Shown piece by piece: positions 8,238 to 18,899 of a stretch of DNA of 24,293 nt. Origin of the DNA: Fibrobacteria bacterium (lineage in GTDB: Bacteria > Fibrobacterota > Fibrobacteria > UBA11236); contig JBJHDK010000038.1 of NCBI GenBank assembly GCA_050486505.1, forward strand, positions 1-24,293, in the 5' to 3' direction. Position numbers and translations under genes: made by a program. The notes below the pieces were generated by a model that saw only the letters and a list, made by a program, of their open reading frames with translations, did not search any database and had not been told where the DNA came from. Each line of letters starts with the position of its first letter. Positions within the stretch are counted from its first letter, which is position 1.

Positions 8238-9680
8238 ATGAAGCCGTTTCTTTTCGCATCCGCGACCTTGCTTGTCGCTGCCTTGGCATCGGGCCAGGAG
8301 AATTACGCGACCGGGTGGAGCCAGCACCGCAACGTGATCTTGAACACGAGCTCGACCGGTGCCAATGTTTCGACCACCGTCACGAACTTTCCGGTCCTGG
8401 TACGCATCGATTCCAACTCGGCCCACATCTTCACGCAGGCGCGCGTCAACGGCGCTGACATTCGCTTCACCAAGGCCGATGACGCCACCCGCCTCCCCCA
8501 CGAGATCGGACACTGGGATTCCGCGGGCCGTTCGGCGGCGATCTGGGTCAGGGTCGACACCGTCCTCGGGAACAGTACCGAGAACATGATCCGCATGCAT
8601 TGGGGCAATGCTTCCGTAGCCGACAGCTCCAGCGGCACCGCGGTGTTCTCCAACGGGTTCACCAACGTCTGGCACCTTGGGAACGCATCAGGGACCACCG
8701 CGCGACCCAACTCGATTTCGGGAGGGAATCCCGCCGTGCCGGTGAATTTTCCCGTGGGCTATGAATCCCACCCCGGAATCATCAGCCGTTCCGATCGCAT
8801 GCGCGGTGGTGGCGGCGGCACGACCACCACCAACAACGATCACCTCACGCTCGGGACGATCACCACGGATTACTCGCAGGGGTTCACTTTTTCCGTCTGG
8901 ATCAACCCCGAGCTTGAAGGCATGGGAACCGCCTACTACTCCGCATCGGAAGGAACCGGCGGCGGCGCCGGCCTGATCCTCGCCGGCATTCAGGGGGATC
9001 CCCCGGGAGCGAAGTTCCGGGTCCGGAATACGGGCAACAGCAATCTCGGCATCATCAACAGCGACTTCGGCGATCTCACCGGGCCCCTGAACACGTGGCG
9101 CCACCTGATGTACACGAAGGCCGCCGGGACCGGCGACATGAACGTCTACATGAACGGCGTGCTCGCCGCCGGCGACTTCGGCGCGGGTGTCGCGGCGATC
9201 TCAAACGCAACGCGGACGGTGAACCAGCTGGGAATCACCCTTGCGCACATGAACTACAACGACGACGCGTTCTTCGGCCGCATGGAAGAAGCCCGCCTCG
9301 CCAATGTCGGGCGCTCCGCCGCATGGGCGCGCCTCGAGTTCGAGAACCAGAAGGCGGCGCAAACGCTGGTGGTTTTCGACTCCATCCCCGTCTCCATCGG
9401 TCGCGGTGAAGCGGTCGCACGTCGCATCAACCTGTCCGCGCACGCCGTGGGCGGATCGGTGGTGTTTCAGGTCGGTGAAACCCCCCACGGCGCCCGCCTG
9501 TCCGTGATCGACCTGCGTGGCCGCGAGGTGTGGAGCCGTTCCATCGCCCCGGGCACCGACAGGGCGGAGTGGTTCGGCGCCGCCGGCCGCTCGGGAATGC
9601 ACGTGGCCCGCCTGGCGCGCTTCGACGCGCAAGGCAGGATCGTCGAGCTCACCGAGCGCAAGATTCCCATCACGCGCTGA
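8238..9680 (+). CDS. Secreted DUF2341 + LamG-like + T9SS/FlgD-like C-terminal domain protein (paralogue of 6247..7998)
   Basis: SD AGGGGAG; signal peptide ...ALASG|QENY; FPVLVRI, GADIRFTKADD, LPHEIGHWD, WRHLMYT, VYMNG, FFGRMEEARL; C-terminal VIDLRGREVWSR...SGMHVARL. Confidence 0.82.
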   Translation: MKPFLFASATLLVAALASGQENYATGWSQHRNVILNTSSTGANVSTTVTNFPVLVRIDSNSAHIFTQARVNGADIRFTKADDATRLPHEIGHWDSAGRSAAIWVRVDTVLGNSTENMIRMHWGNASVADSSSGTAVFSNGFTNVWHLGNASGTTARPNSISGGNPAVPVNFPVGYESHPGIISRSDRMRGGGGGTTTTNNDHLTLGTITTDYSQGFTFSVWINPELEGMGTAYYSASEGTGGGAGLILAGIQGDPPGAKFRVRNTGNSNLGIINSDFGDLTGPLNTWRHLMYTKAAGTGDMNVYMNGVLAAGDFGAGVAAISNATRTVNQLGITLAHMNYNDDAFFGRMEEARLANVGRSAAWARLEFENQKAAQTLVVFDSIPVSIGRGEAVARRINLSAHAVGGSVVFQVGETPHGARLSVIDLRGREVWSRSIAPGTDRAEWFGAAGRSGMHVARLARFDAQGRIVELTERKIPITR

Positions 9681-9710
9681 TGTGAACCCACGCCTGCCGC
9701 CATCCGGCAG

Positions 9711-9744
9711 AACGAGGCCTCCCGCAGGGGAGGCCTTTCGTTTT
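9711..9744 (+). terminator. Intrinsic terminator
   Basis: Stem aggcctccc-gcag-gggaggcct followed by ttcgtttt. Confidence 0.8.
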
Positions 9745-9785
9745 GAAGTTTCGCCGGCCCGCGAACCCCGGGGAATGCGTGAGTA

Positions 9786-9810
9786 CGGGGGTTACCCCCG
9801 GCATCCCTTG
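9786..9810. promoter_or_regulatory. Palindromic motif CGGGGG-N3-CCCCCG-N2-ATCCCTTG upstream of secA (second copy at 19865..19889)
   Basis: cgggggttacccccggcatcccttg; 20/25 identical to the copy upstream of rpsF. Confidence 0.5.
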
Positions 9811-9924
9811 CCGTTCGGGGAATGCGCGGGACCTCGTATTTAATACTTTAGCTGACCTTGAGCCTTTTTCCGCCGTTTCGACAGATTTCGGCGTTTCATC
9901 CAATTCCAAGCAAGTGACGGCCCC

Positions 9925-12780
<2,856 letters not shown>

Positions 12781-12784
12781 CGGG

Positions 12785-12927
12785 GATCCTTCGGAATCTG
12801 CTCCCCGGATCGTTTGGGACAGCACGCAACACATGAGGATTGGCTGAATGCACGCGCCTCCCGTGTTCTCCCAAACCCGAACCATCCACAGGGTTGACTG
12901 CGAAGAATCCCGAACCAACGAAGGATT
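12785..12927. other. Structured intergenic element (long irregular hairpin) between secA and tmk
   Basis: gatccttcg (12785-93) pairs with cgaaggatt (12919-27); gtttgggacagcacg (12812-26) pairs with cgtgttctcccaaac (12862-76); direct repeat cccgaacca at 12876 and 12909. Confidence 0.55.
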
Positions 12928-12933
12928 GCCAAC

Positions 12934-13569
12934 GTGAGCGGAACTCTCCCTTTCTTCGTGCTCGAAGGCATCGACGGCGCGGGCAAGTCGACGCAGGCCA
13001 CGCTGCTCGTCGAGGCCCTGGAACGCGCCGGCCGTGACGTTGTGCGCGTGCGCGATCCCGGGGGAACGCCTGTCTCCGACCGCATCCGCGCGCTTCTGCT
13101 TTCGCCCGACAATCCCGTGGCCCCTGCGGCAGAGCTGTGCCTCTACGCCGCCGCCCGCGCGCAACTGGTCGCGGAGGTCATTCGCCCGGCGCTTCAGGCA
13201 GGCAAGGTCGTGGTCTCGGACCGTTTCACCTGGTCGACGTACGCGTATCAGGGCGCCGGCCGCGGACTCGATGCCGGGCGCATCGCCGCGCTTGAACAAA
13301 TCGCCTGCGGCGGCATCGTGCCGGCGCACGTTTTCGTGCTCGATCTCGACCCGGAAAGCCGGGGGGCGCGGCTTGAGGCGAAGGGGAACGGTCTCGACCG
13401 CATGGAGCGCGAGAACGGGGAATTTTTCGGACGCGTGCGCGAGGGGTTTCTGGAGCTTGCGCGCGCGCGCGCCGGGCAGGGCTCGGTTCTGGACGCACGC
13501 CGCCCTGCGGAAGAGCTGCACGCGGAGATTTTTCGCAAGGTAACGGACATCCTCACGGGAACCCCCTGA
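12934..13569 (+). CDS. tmk: Thymidylate kinase (dTMP kinase)
   Basis: FFVLEGIDGAGKSTQ P-loop, RDPGGT, LYAAARAQ, SDRFTWSTYAYQG, DRME; GTG start with SD AAGGA. Confidence 0.97.
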   Translation: MSGTLPFFVLEGIDGAGKSTQATLLVEALERAGRDVVRVRDPGGTPVSDRIRALLLSPDNPVAPAAELCLYAAARAQLVAEVIRPALQAGKVVVSDRFTWSTYAYQGAGRGLDAGRIAALEQIACGGIVPAHVFVLDLDPESRGARLEAKGNGLDRMERENGEFFGRVREGFLELARARAGQGSVLDARRPAEELHAEIFRKVTDILTGTP

Positions 13570-13611
13570 CCGGGCGGGCATCGCAGGTTACCCCCCTGCA
13601 CCTCGTTTTCG

Positions 13612-13617
13612 TACAAT
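13612..13617 (+). promoter_or_regulatory. Putative -10 element (TACAAT) of a leaderless-type promoter
   Basis: TACAAT, 7 nt (tcccccc), then ATG 13625; no SD. Confidence 0.55.
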
Positions 13618-13624
13618 TCCCCCC

Positions 13625-15310
13625 ATGGCCACTCAGCGTAAAAGCGGTTCTTATTTCTTCCTGGCGGCTCTCGTCGTCGTCGGCGTCGCGCTTGCCGGGC
13701 GCAACGCCCAGGCGGACGGCGACACGTTTTATTCCGACCTGATCCGGCTCGAGAAGGTGATCACCCGCATCGCCGAGAGCTATGTCGAGGAGGTTCCCTC
13801 GAAGGATCTCGTGGATGCCGCCATCGGTGGCCTGCGCGAGGTGCTCGATCCCCATACCACGTATTTCGAGGCGAAGGATTTCGAAAACCTGCGCGTGAGC
13901 ACCGAAGGGGAATTCGGGGGGCTCGGGATCCAGATCGGCATCCGTGACCAGGGACTCACGGTCGTCTCTCCCCTGGTGGGGACTCCCGCGCACCGGCTGG
14001 GGTTGCAGGCCGGTGACCGGATTGTCCGCATCGACACGCTCGACACGCGCGGAATCACCGTGGAGGGTGCGGTGGAACGGCTGCGCGGCCGCCCCGGCAC
14101 CGACGTGACCTTGCGCATCGTGCGCCAAGGCGTGGCGGACACCCTTGACTTCCTGATCACGCGCGAGATCATTCGTATCGAGAGCGTGCCGTACGCAGCG
14201 CTGCTTGACGATTCGACGGCGTACGTGAAGGTGACGCAGTTTTCCCGGTCGACTGCGGGCGACCTCGAAAAGCGGCTGCGCGATCTCAAGCGGCAGGGGG
14301 CCAAGGCGCTCGTGCTCGACTTGCGCACGAATCCCGGGGGGTTACTGAACCAGGCCGTCGAGGTGGCCGACCTGTTCCTCGATCGCGGGGAAGTCGTGGT
14401 CTCGACCCGCGGCCGCATGCGTTCCCAGAACCAGGAGTATCGCGCCCGCCGCGCCCCAGTGTGGACGGGGAAGTTGGTGGTGCTGGTCAACGGAAGCTCC
14501 GCTTCCGCGTCGGAGATCGTCGCGGGCGCGGTGCAGGACCACGACCGCGGCCTCGTTGTGGGCGAAACCACCTTCGGCAAGGGGTCGGTGCAGACCGTGC
14601 TTCCCCTGGATGCCCGCAACAATGCGCTGAAGCTCACGACGGCCTTTTACCACACGCCCTCGGGCCGCAACATCAACAAGCCGGAGAACGGAAGGCGGGG
14701 CAACGGATCGGATAGCGCCGCGGACACCGTGGTGTTCCGCACGCAGGCGGGGCGCCCCGTGCTCGAAGCGGGAGGGATCGTTCCCGATGTCGAGGTCGAG
14801 GAGCCGCGACCCTCGCGCTTCGTGCTTGAGCTGTACCGTCGCAACATGTTCTTCAACTACGCCGTGCGCGCGCGGGGGGATCTTGATGTGACGCCGGACA
14901 TCGTCGTGGGCGGCGCCATGTTCGAGGGATTCCGCGAGTTCGTGTTCGCCGACAGCGCGTTCCGCGATTTTCGCGGGGCCCCGGCGCAGGCGTTGGCACG
15001 CACGCGCGAGGCTTGGGAGAAAGAGCGCGAGGCCCGCGGTGACACGACCGCCGCGCCCGAATTCGAGACCACCCTCGCCGCGCTCGAGGGAATCCTCGCG
15101 CTCGAGGCGCGGCGCGAGTTCGATGCGAACGCGGATCGCATCCGCAGGGAGATCAAGGCGGAGCTTTTGGGCGCGGCGCTCGGCGACTCGACGCGCACGG
15201 CCTATGAGCTTCAGCATGATCGCGTGCTGGTGGAGGCGCTGCGCCGGCTGGCGAGCGATTCGCTGTATGCGGCGGTGCTGCGGCCGGCCGATGTTCGGGC
15301 ATCGAAATAA
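13625..15310 (+). CDS. ctpA: Carboxyl-terminal processing protease, S41A family (PDZ + peptidase)
   Basis: Signal/TM N-terminus; LDPHTTYF, GEFGGLGIQIG (PDZ), LDLRTNPGGLL, SASASEIVAGAVQD (catalytic Ser), TFGKGSVQTV (catalytic Lys), GIVPD. Confidence 0.93.
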   Translation: MATQRKSGSYFFLAALVVVGVALAGRNAQADGDTFYSDLIRLEKVITRIAESYVEEVPSKDLVDAAIGGLREVLDPHTTYFEAKDFENLRVSTEGEFGGLGIQIGIRDQGLTVVSPLVGTPAHRLGLQAGDRIVRIDTLDTRGITVEGAVERLRGRPGTDVTLRIVRQGVADTLDFLITREIIRIESVPYAALLDDSTAYVKVTQFSRSTAGDLEKRLRDLKRQGAKALVLDLRTNPGGLLNQAVEVADLFLDRGEVVVSTRGRMRSQNQEYRARRAPVWTGKLVVLVNGSSASASEIVAGAVQDHDRGLVVGETTFGKGSVQTVLPLDARNNALKLTTAFYHTPSGRNINKPENGRRGNGSDSAADTVVFRTQAGRPVLEAGGIVPDVEVEEPRPSRFVLELYRRNMFFNYAVRARGDLDVTPDIVVGGAMFEGFREFVFADSAFRDFRGAPAQALARTREAWEKEREARGDTTAAPEFETTLAALEGILALEARREFDANADRIRREIKAELLGAALGDSTRTAYELQHDRVLVEALRRLASDSLYAAVLRPADVRASK

Positions 15311-15330
15311 CGGAAGACCCAAGCGCATCG

Positions 15331-15360
15331 AAAAGGCCTCCGCGAGCGCGGATGCCTTTG
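15331..15360. terminator. Terminator hairpin between the convergent ctpA and propeller lipoprotein genes
   Basis: aaaaggc-c-tccgcg-ag-cgcgga-t-gcctttg; gives a U4 tail on the minus strand and U3 on the plus strand; outer arms cggaa/ttccg extend it to 15311..15374. Confidence 0.65.
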
Positions 15361-15404
15361 TGCATGGGGTTCCGAGTGGCGCTTGTCCGGACTTTGGCGG
15401 GCAA

Positions 15405-17291
15405 CTAGGGAACCGGCGCGAAATGCATGACCGTGGCTTTGCTGCCGTTTGCCCAATCTTGGAATGCGACAACGGGATTGCCGTATGCGTTGATTGAGAT
15501 GGCTGTGAAATTAGCCCCGCCATGAGAAAATCCTGGGATCCCGACGGTTTCCCATGCATTTCCATTCCAGTGCATGACGGTAGCCCTGCTGTTGTTTGCT
15601 TCATCCCTGAATGCGATGATGGGGTTGTCCGAGGCGTTGAAGGACAAGGAGGGATAGAAGGCTGCTCCTGCCGAGATGCCCGCGTTCCCCAAGGCGTCCC
15701 ATATGCTTCCGTTCCAACGCATGACCGTTACCTTGCCGCCATTCGCCTCATCCCGGAACGCGACGGTAGGGGTGCCTGCAGCATCGAGTGCGAGAGAAGG
15801 GAAATAGGCGGTTCCCGTTGAGATTCCCGGGGTTCCGATGGCCTGCCATGCCGTTCCGTTCCAGCGCATGACGGTGACCTTGCTGCCATTCGCCCCGTCC
15901 ACATAGGCGACAACGGGGTTTCCTGCGGCTTCCAGCGCGAGGGAGAAGTGCCCTGCCGATCCTTCAGAAAACCCGGGGCCTCCAAGATATTCCCATGGAT
16001 GGCCTTCGCCTCCTATCCAGCGCATGACGGTGGCCTTGCCTCCGTTCTGTTGATCCCTGAACGCGATAATGGGGTTTCCAGCCGGGTTGATCGCGAGTCT
16101 GACGGAAGATGCCGCGCCCGGAGAAGCCCCAGGATAGAAGGAACTCCATCCGGTTTCGGGGAACCAGTGCATGACGGAAATCCTGTCATTATTCGCCCCG
16201 TCCCTGAATGCGATAATGGGGTATCCCCAGGAGTTGAATGCGAGTGAGATGTCGTCGGCAACACCTGCAGAGAATCCCGGGAACCCGACGGTTTGCCACG
16301 CACCTTCTTCCCATCGCATGACGGTTGCCCGTTGACCATTTGCACCGTCTCGGAAAGCGACATAAGGGGTTCCGACAGGATTATGCGCGAGAGAAGGTTG
16401 GAATATATCGCCCGCCGAGAATCCCGCGTTCCCGATGGTCTGCCACGCATACGTCACGAAAGCCGTGACGGTGTCCTCCAACTCGCCCCTGACCGTCACC
16501 GTCCCCACCGCTCCGAGGGTCACGGTCATTTCCGCCTGCCCCGGCGGCGGCACGGACGGGCCGACCCAACGCAGCGTCACCTCATAGGTCGCGTCTTCCC
16601 CCGAAACGACCGTGATCGTGGTGTCGCCCCGGTACAGCAAGGTGTCAATCCCCCACATGTCGCCGCGGGCGTCCATGCGAATTGCGTGCTGTATGCCTGC
16701 AGGCGAAGCAGGCAGGTAGTCATGCGTCAGCGTTACCGTGTCACCGACCAGCGATTGCTTGGCGAAGGCCTGGAATGCGGCCAGGGAATCGTTCACCTTC
16801 AGTTCCATGCGGGTGACGCTGTCGCGCACGGGGAGGAACAGCGCGCGAAGCATGGAGAACTGTGCGGCGAGAGCGAGGGAGACGTTCGCTGTGCCATTGG
16901 GAGGCACGGTGAAGTCCGTCGAGCCGCTGTAGACCGTGACATTGTTTTGATCCTTCGCCAGCGCGGCGAGCGTCCAGCTCTTGAGGGACGCCAGCCCGGG
17001 GTAGGACTTGAGGACGTTTTGCTGGCTGTTCCCTGAGAGGAGGATGGTATCCAGAATGGGATCTTCGCCTTGCGCGAGGAGCGCGATGAAGAGTGTGTCC
17101 ATTTCGATGGCGGCGCTTTTTTGAAGGGCGCCAACCCTTTCGAGCTTCAGGGACACGTTGGCTTGGCCGGACGGCCGGTTTGCGCCGCCTTGCCCCGGAC
17201 CTTGGCCGGGAGGGTCATTGAGGCAGCCCGTGAGAAGGATCGCGCAGAGCAAGGATATCGTCAGGGTGGTGAAGGGTTTGTGAAAGAGCAC
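15405..17291 (-). CDS. Lipoprotein with a beta-rich N-terminal region and a C-terminal 7-bladed beta-propeller (lectin/adhesin-like)
   Basis: Start moved to GTG 17291 because of a strong SD (AAGGAGGT); lipobox LLTG|C; seven ~49-aa repeats W-x-x-(I/V/L)G-x-(A/P)G(F/I)S-x-G...SLA...G-x-P-x-(V/I)AFRD-x-ANG-x-(K/R)ATVM(R/H)W. Confidence 0.85.
   Translation of the reverse strand: MLFHKPFTTLTISLLCAILLTGCLNDPPGQGPGQGGANRPSGQANVSLKLERVGALQKSAAIEMDTLFIALLAQGEDPILDTILLSGNSQQNVLKSYPGLASLKSWTLAALAKDQNNVTVYSGSTDFTVPPNGTANVSLALAAQFSMLRALFLPVRDSVTRMELKVNDSLAAFQAFAKQSLVGDTVTLTHDYLPASPAGIQHAIRMDARGDMWGIDTLLYRGDTTITVVSGEDATYEVTLRWVGPSVPPPGQAEMTVTLGAVGTVTVRGELEDTVTAFVTYAWQTIGNAGFSAGDIFQPSLAHNPVGTPYVAFRDGANGQRATVMRWEEGAWQTVGFPGFSAGVADDISLAFNSWGYPIIAFRDGANNDRISVMHWFPETGWSSFYPGASPGAASSVRLAINPAGNPIIAFRDQQNGGKATVMRWIGGEGHPWEYLGGPGFSEGSAGHFSLALEAAGNPVVAYVDGANGSKVTVMRWNGTAWQAIGTPGISTGTAYFPSLALDAAGTPTVAFRDEANGGKVTVMRWNGSIWDALGNAGISAGAAFYPSLSFNASDNPIIAFRDEANNSRATVMHWNGNAWETVGIPGFSHGGANFTAISINAYGNPVVAFQDWANGSKATVMHFAPVP
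15408..16445 (-). repeat. Seven intragenic ~147-bp degenerate repeats (propeller blades)
   Basis: The recurrent plus-strand word gcatgac (TVM codons) appears about every 147-153 nt: ~15425, 15572, 15719, 15866, 16022, 16169, 16316. Confidence 0.85.
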
Positions 17292-17563
17292 GGTGACCTC
17301 CTTTTGGGGAATATCAATGCGTGGTTGACATTCGTGAATGTTCATGTCTTTCCATGTCACGGAACAATCACGTCGCTGAACCTATTTCGGGGATACCGTG
17401 ATGCGGTTAACTCGGGTTAATGAAATGGAAAGATTGGTCCGGGCGTCGGAACCCCTTCCCCACGAGCCATCCCGTGCAGGGCGTTGAGCCGCAAAAGGCG
17501 ACATTCCCGATTGTTTCGGGCATATTCACCCCATTTCGCTCAAAATCACTTACCGACCGAACC

Positions 17564-17569
17564 TATCTT
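17564..17569 (+). promoter_or_regulatory. Putative -10 element (TATCTT) of a leaderless-type promoter for murA
   Basis: TATCTT, 7 nt (tccctcc), then ATG 17577; no SD; first gene of a divergent unit. Confidence 0.55.
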
Positions 17570-17576
17570 TCCCTCC

Positions 17577-18899
17577 ATGCCCCGCAAATACATCATCGAC
17601 GGCGGTGTTCGTCTTCAGGGCGAAATCGCCGTCCGTGGCGCCAAGAACGCCGTCACCAAGGAAATGGTCGCCGCCCTGCTCGCGCCCGGCGTGTCGCGCC
17701 TGCGCAACGTTCCCGACATCGGCGACGTCGACATCACGCGCCGGGTGCTGGAATCCATCGGCTGCCGCATCAAGCACGATGCCGCGGCGGGCACGCTCGA
17801 GATCGATACCACGAACCTTTCAGGGCCTGAAGTTCCCGAGGAATACTCGGGACTCAACCGCATCCCCATCCTGCTCGCGGGCGCCCTCATCCACCGTTTT
17901 GGGCGCGCGGTGATTCCCGCGCCGGGAGGGTGTGACATCGGGGCCCGCCCTCTTGATTTCCACCTGCAGGGATTCCAACATCTGGGTGCGGTCGTCGATC
18001 ACCACGACGGCGCTTACCATTTCAAGGCAAGCAAGAGCATGGGGCTTACGGGAACGCGCATCACGCTTCCCTTTCCCAGCGTGGGGGCCACCGAAAACCT
18101 GATGATGGCCGCAGCGCTTGCGCACGGCACCACCGAGATCCGCAACGCCGCCATCGAGCCCGAGATCGTCGACCTGGCCCTGTTGCTGCAGTCAATGGGC
18201 GCCATCGTTTCGCAGGAAACGGACCGGACATGGGTCATCCAGGGCGTGGAATCGCTGCGACCGTTCGACCATCGCGTGCTCAACGACCGCATCGAGGCAG
18301 CGTCCTTTGCCGCCTCGGCCGTGGCCACGCGCGGCGAGGTGCTTATCCGCGGAGCCGACCAATTGCATTTGCTGACCTTTCTCAACTGGTTGCGGCGCGC
18401 GGGCGGGGAGTACGAGGTGAAACAGGACGGCATTCTCTTCAGCGGACGCAGCGCGCACCTGAAGGCCGTGGCGGCCGAAACCGGAGTGCACCCCGGCCTC
18501 ATGACCGACTGGCAGCAACCCTTGGTGATCCTGTTGACGCAGGCCGAGGGCATGTCGGTGATTCACGAGACGGTATACGAGAACCGCTTCGGCTACGTGG
18601 AAACCCTCAATCGCATGGGCGCGCGGATCCAGCTTTTCAGCGAGTGCCTCGGCGGTGGAGAATGCCGTTTCCGCCATCTCGGCCACAGGCACTCCGCGGT
18701 GATCCAGGGGCCCACCCCCCTGCACGGCGCCGACATCGAAATCCCCGACCTGCGCGCCGGCTTTTCCTATCTCGTTGCCGCAGCCCTCGCCAAGGGACGC
18801 ACCACCGTCGGCGGCGTGCGCTACATCGAGCGCGGCTACGACCGCGTGGTGGAGAAGTTCAGGGCATTGGGGCTGCCGATCGAGGTGGTCGAAGGGTGA
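17577..18899 (+). CDS. murA: UDP-N-acetylglucosamine 1-carboxyvinyltransferase
   Basis: Start at ATG 17577 (MPRKYIIDGG..LQGEIAVRGAKNA); PGGCDIGARPLDFH, PSVGATENLMMAA, NAAIEPEIVDLA, DRIEAASF, HETVYENRF, PDLRAG, IERGY. Confidence 0.97.
   Translation: MPRKYIIDGGVRLQGEIAVRGAKNAVTKEMVAALLAPGVSRLRNVPDIGDVDITRRVLESIGCRIKHDAAAGTLEIDTTNLSGPEVPEEYSGLNRIPILLAGALIHRFGRAVIPAPGGCDIGARPLDFHLQGFQHLGAVVDHHDGAYHFKASKSMGLTGTRITLPFPSVGATENLMMAAALAHGTTEIRNAAIEPEIVDLALLLQSMGAIVSQETDRTWVIQGVESLRPFDHRVLNDRIEAASFAASAVATRGEVLIRGADQLHLLTFLNWLRRAGGEYEVKQDGILFSGRSAHLKAVAAETGVHPGLMTDWQQPLVILLTQAEGMSVIHETVYENRFGYVETLNRMGARIQLFSECLGGGECRFRHLGHRHSAVIQGPTPLHGADIEIPDLRAGFSYLVAAALAKGRTTVGGVRYIERGYDRVVEKFRALGLPIEVVEG

Noticed and set aside
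12785..12927. Firm call as 6S RNA, SRP RNA or tRNA
   Set aside because: Shorter than typical 6S, no evident promoter or terminator, no SRP loop motif or cloverleaf; kept only as an unassigned structured element.
15226..15233. E. coli Chi octamer GCTGGTGG
   Set aside because: One noticed occurrence, inside a coding region of a GC-rich genome; Chi sequences are lineage-specific.
15408..16445. CRISPR array or DGR template/variable repeats
   Set aside because: The repeats are in-frame protein blades diverged at all base types, with no identical repeat-spacer pattern and no cas or reverse transcriptase gene in the window.
17325..17330. Perfect TTGACA -35 promoter
   Set aside because: No TANNNT 16-18 nt downstream.
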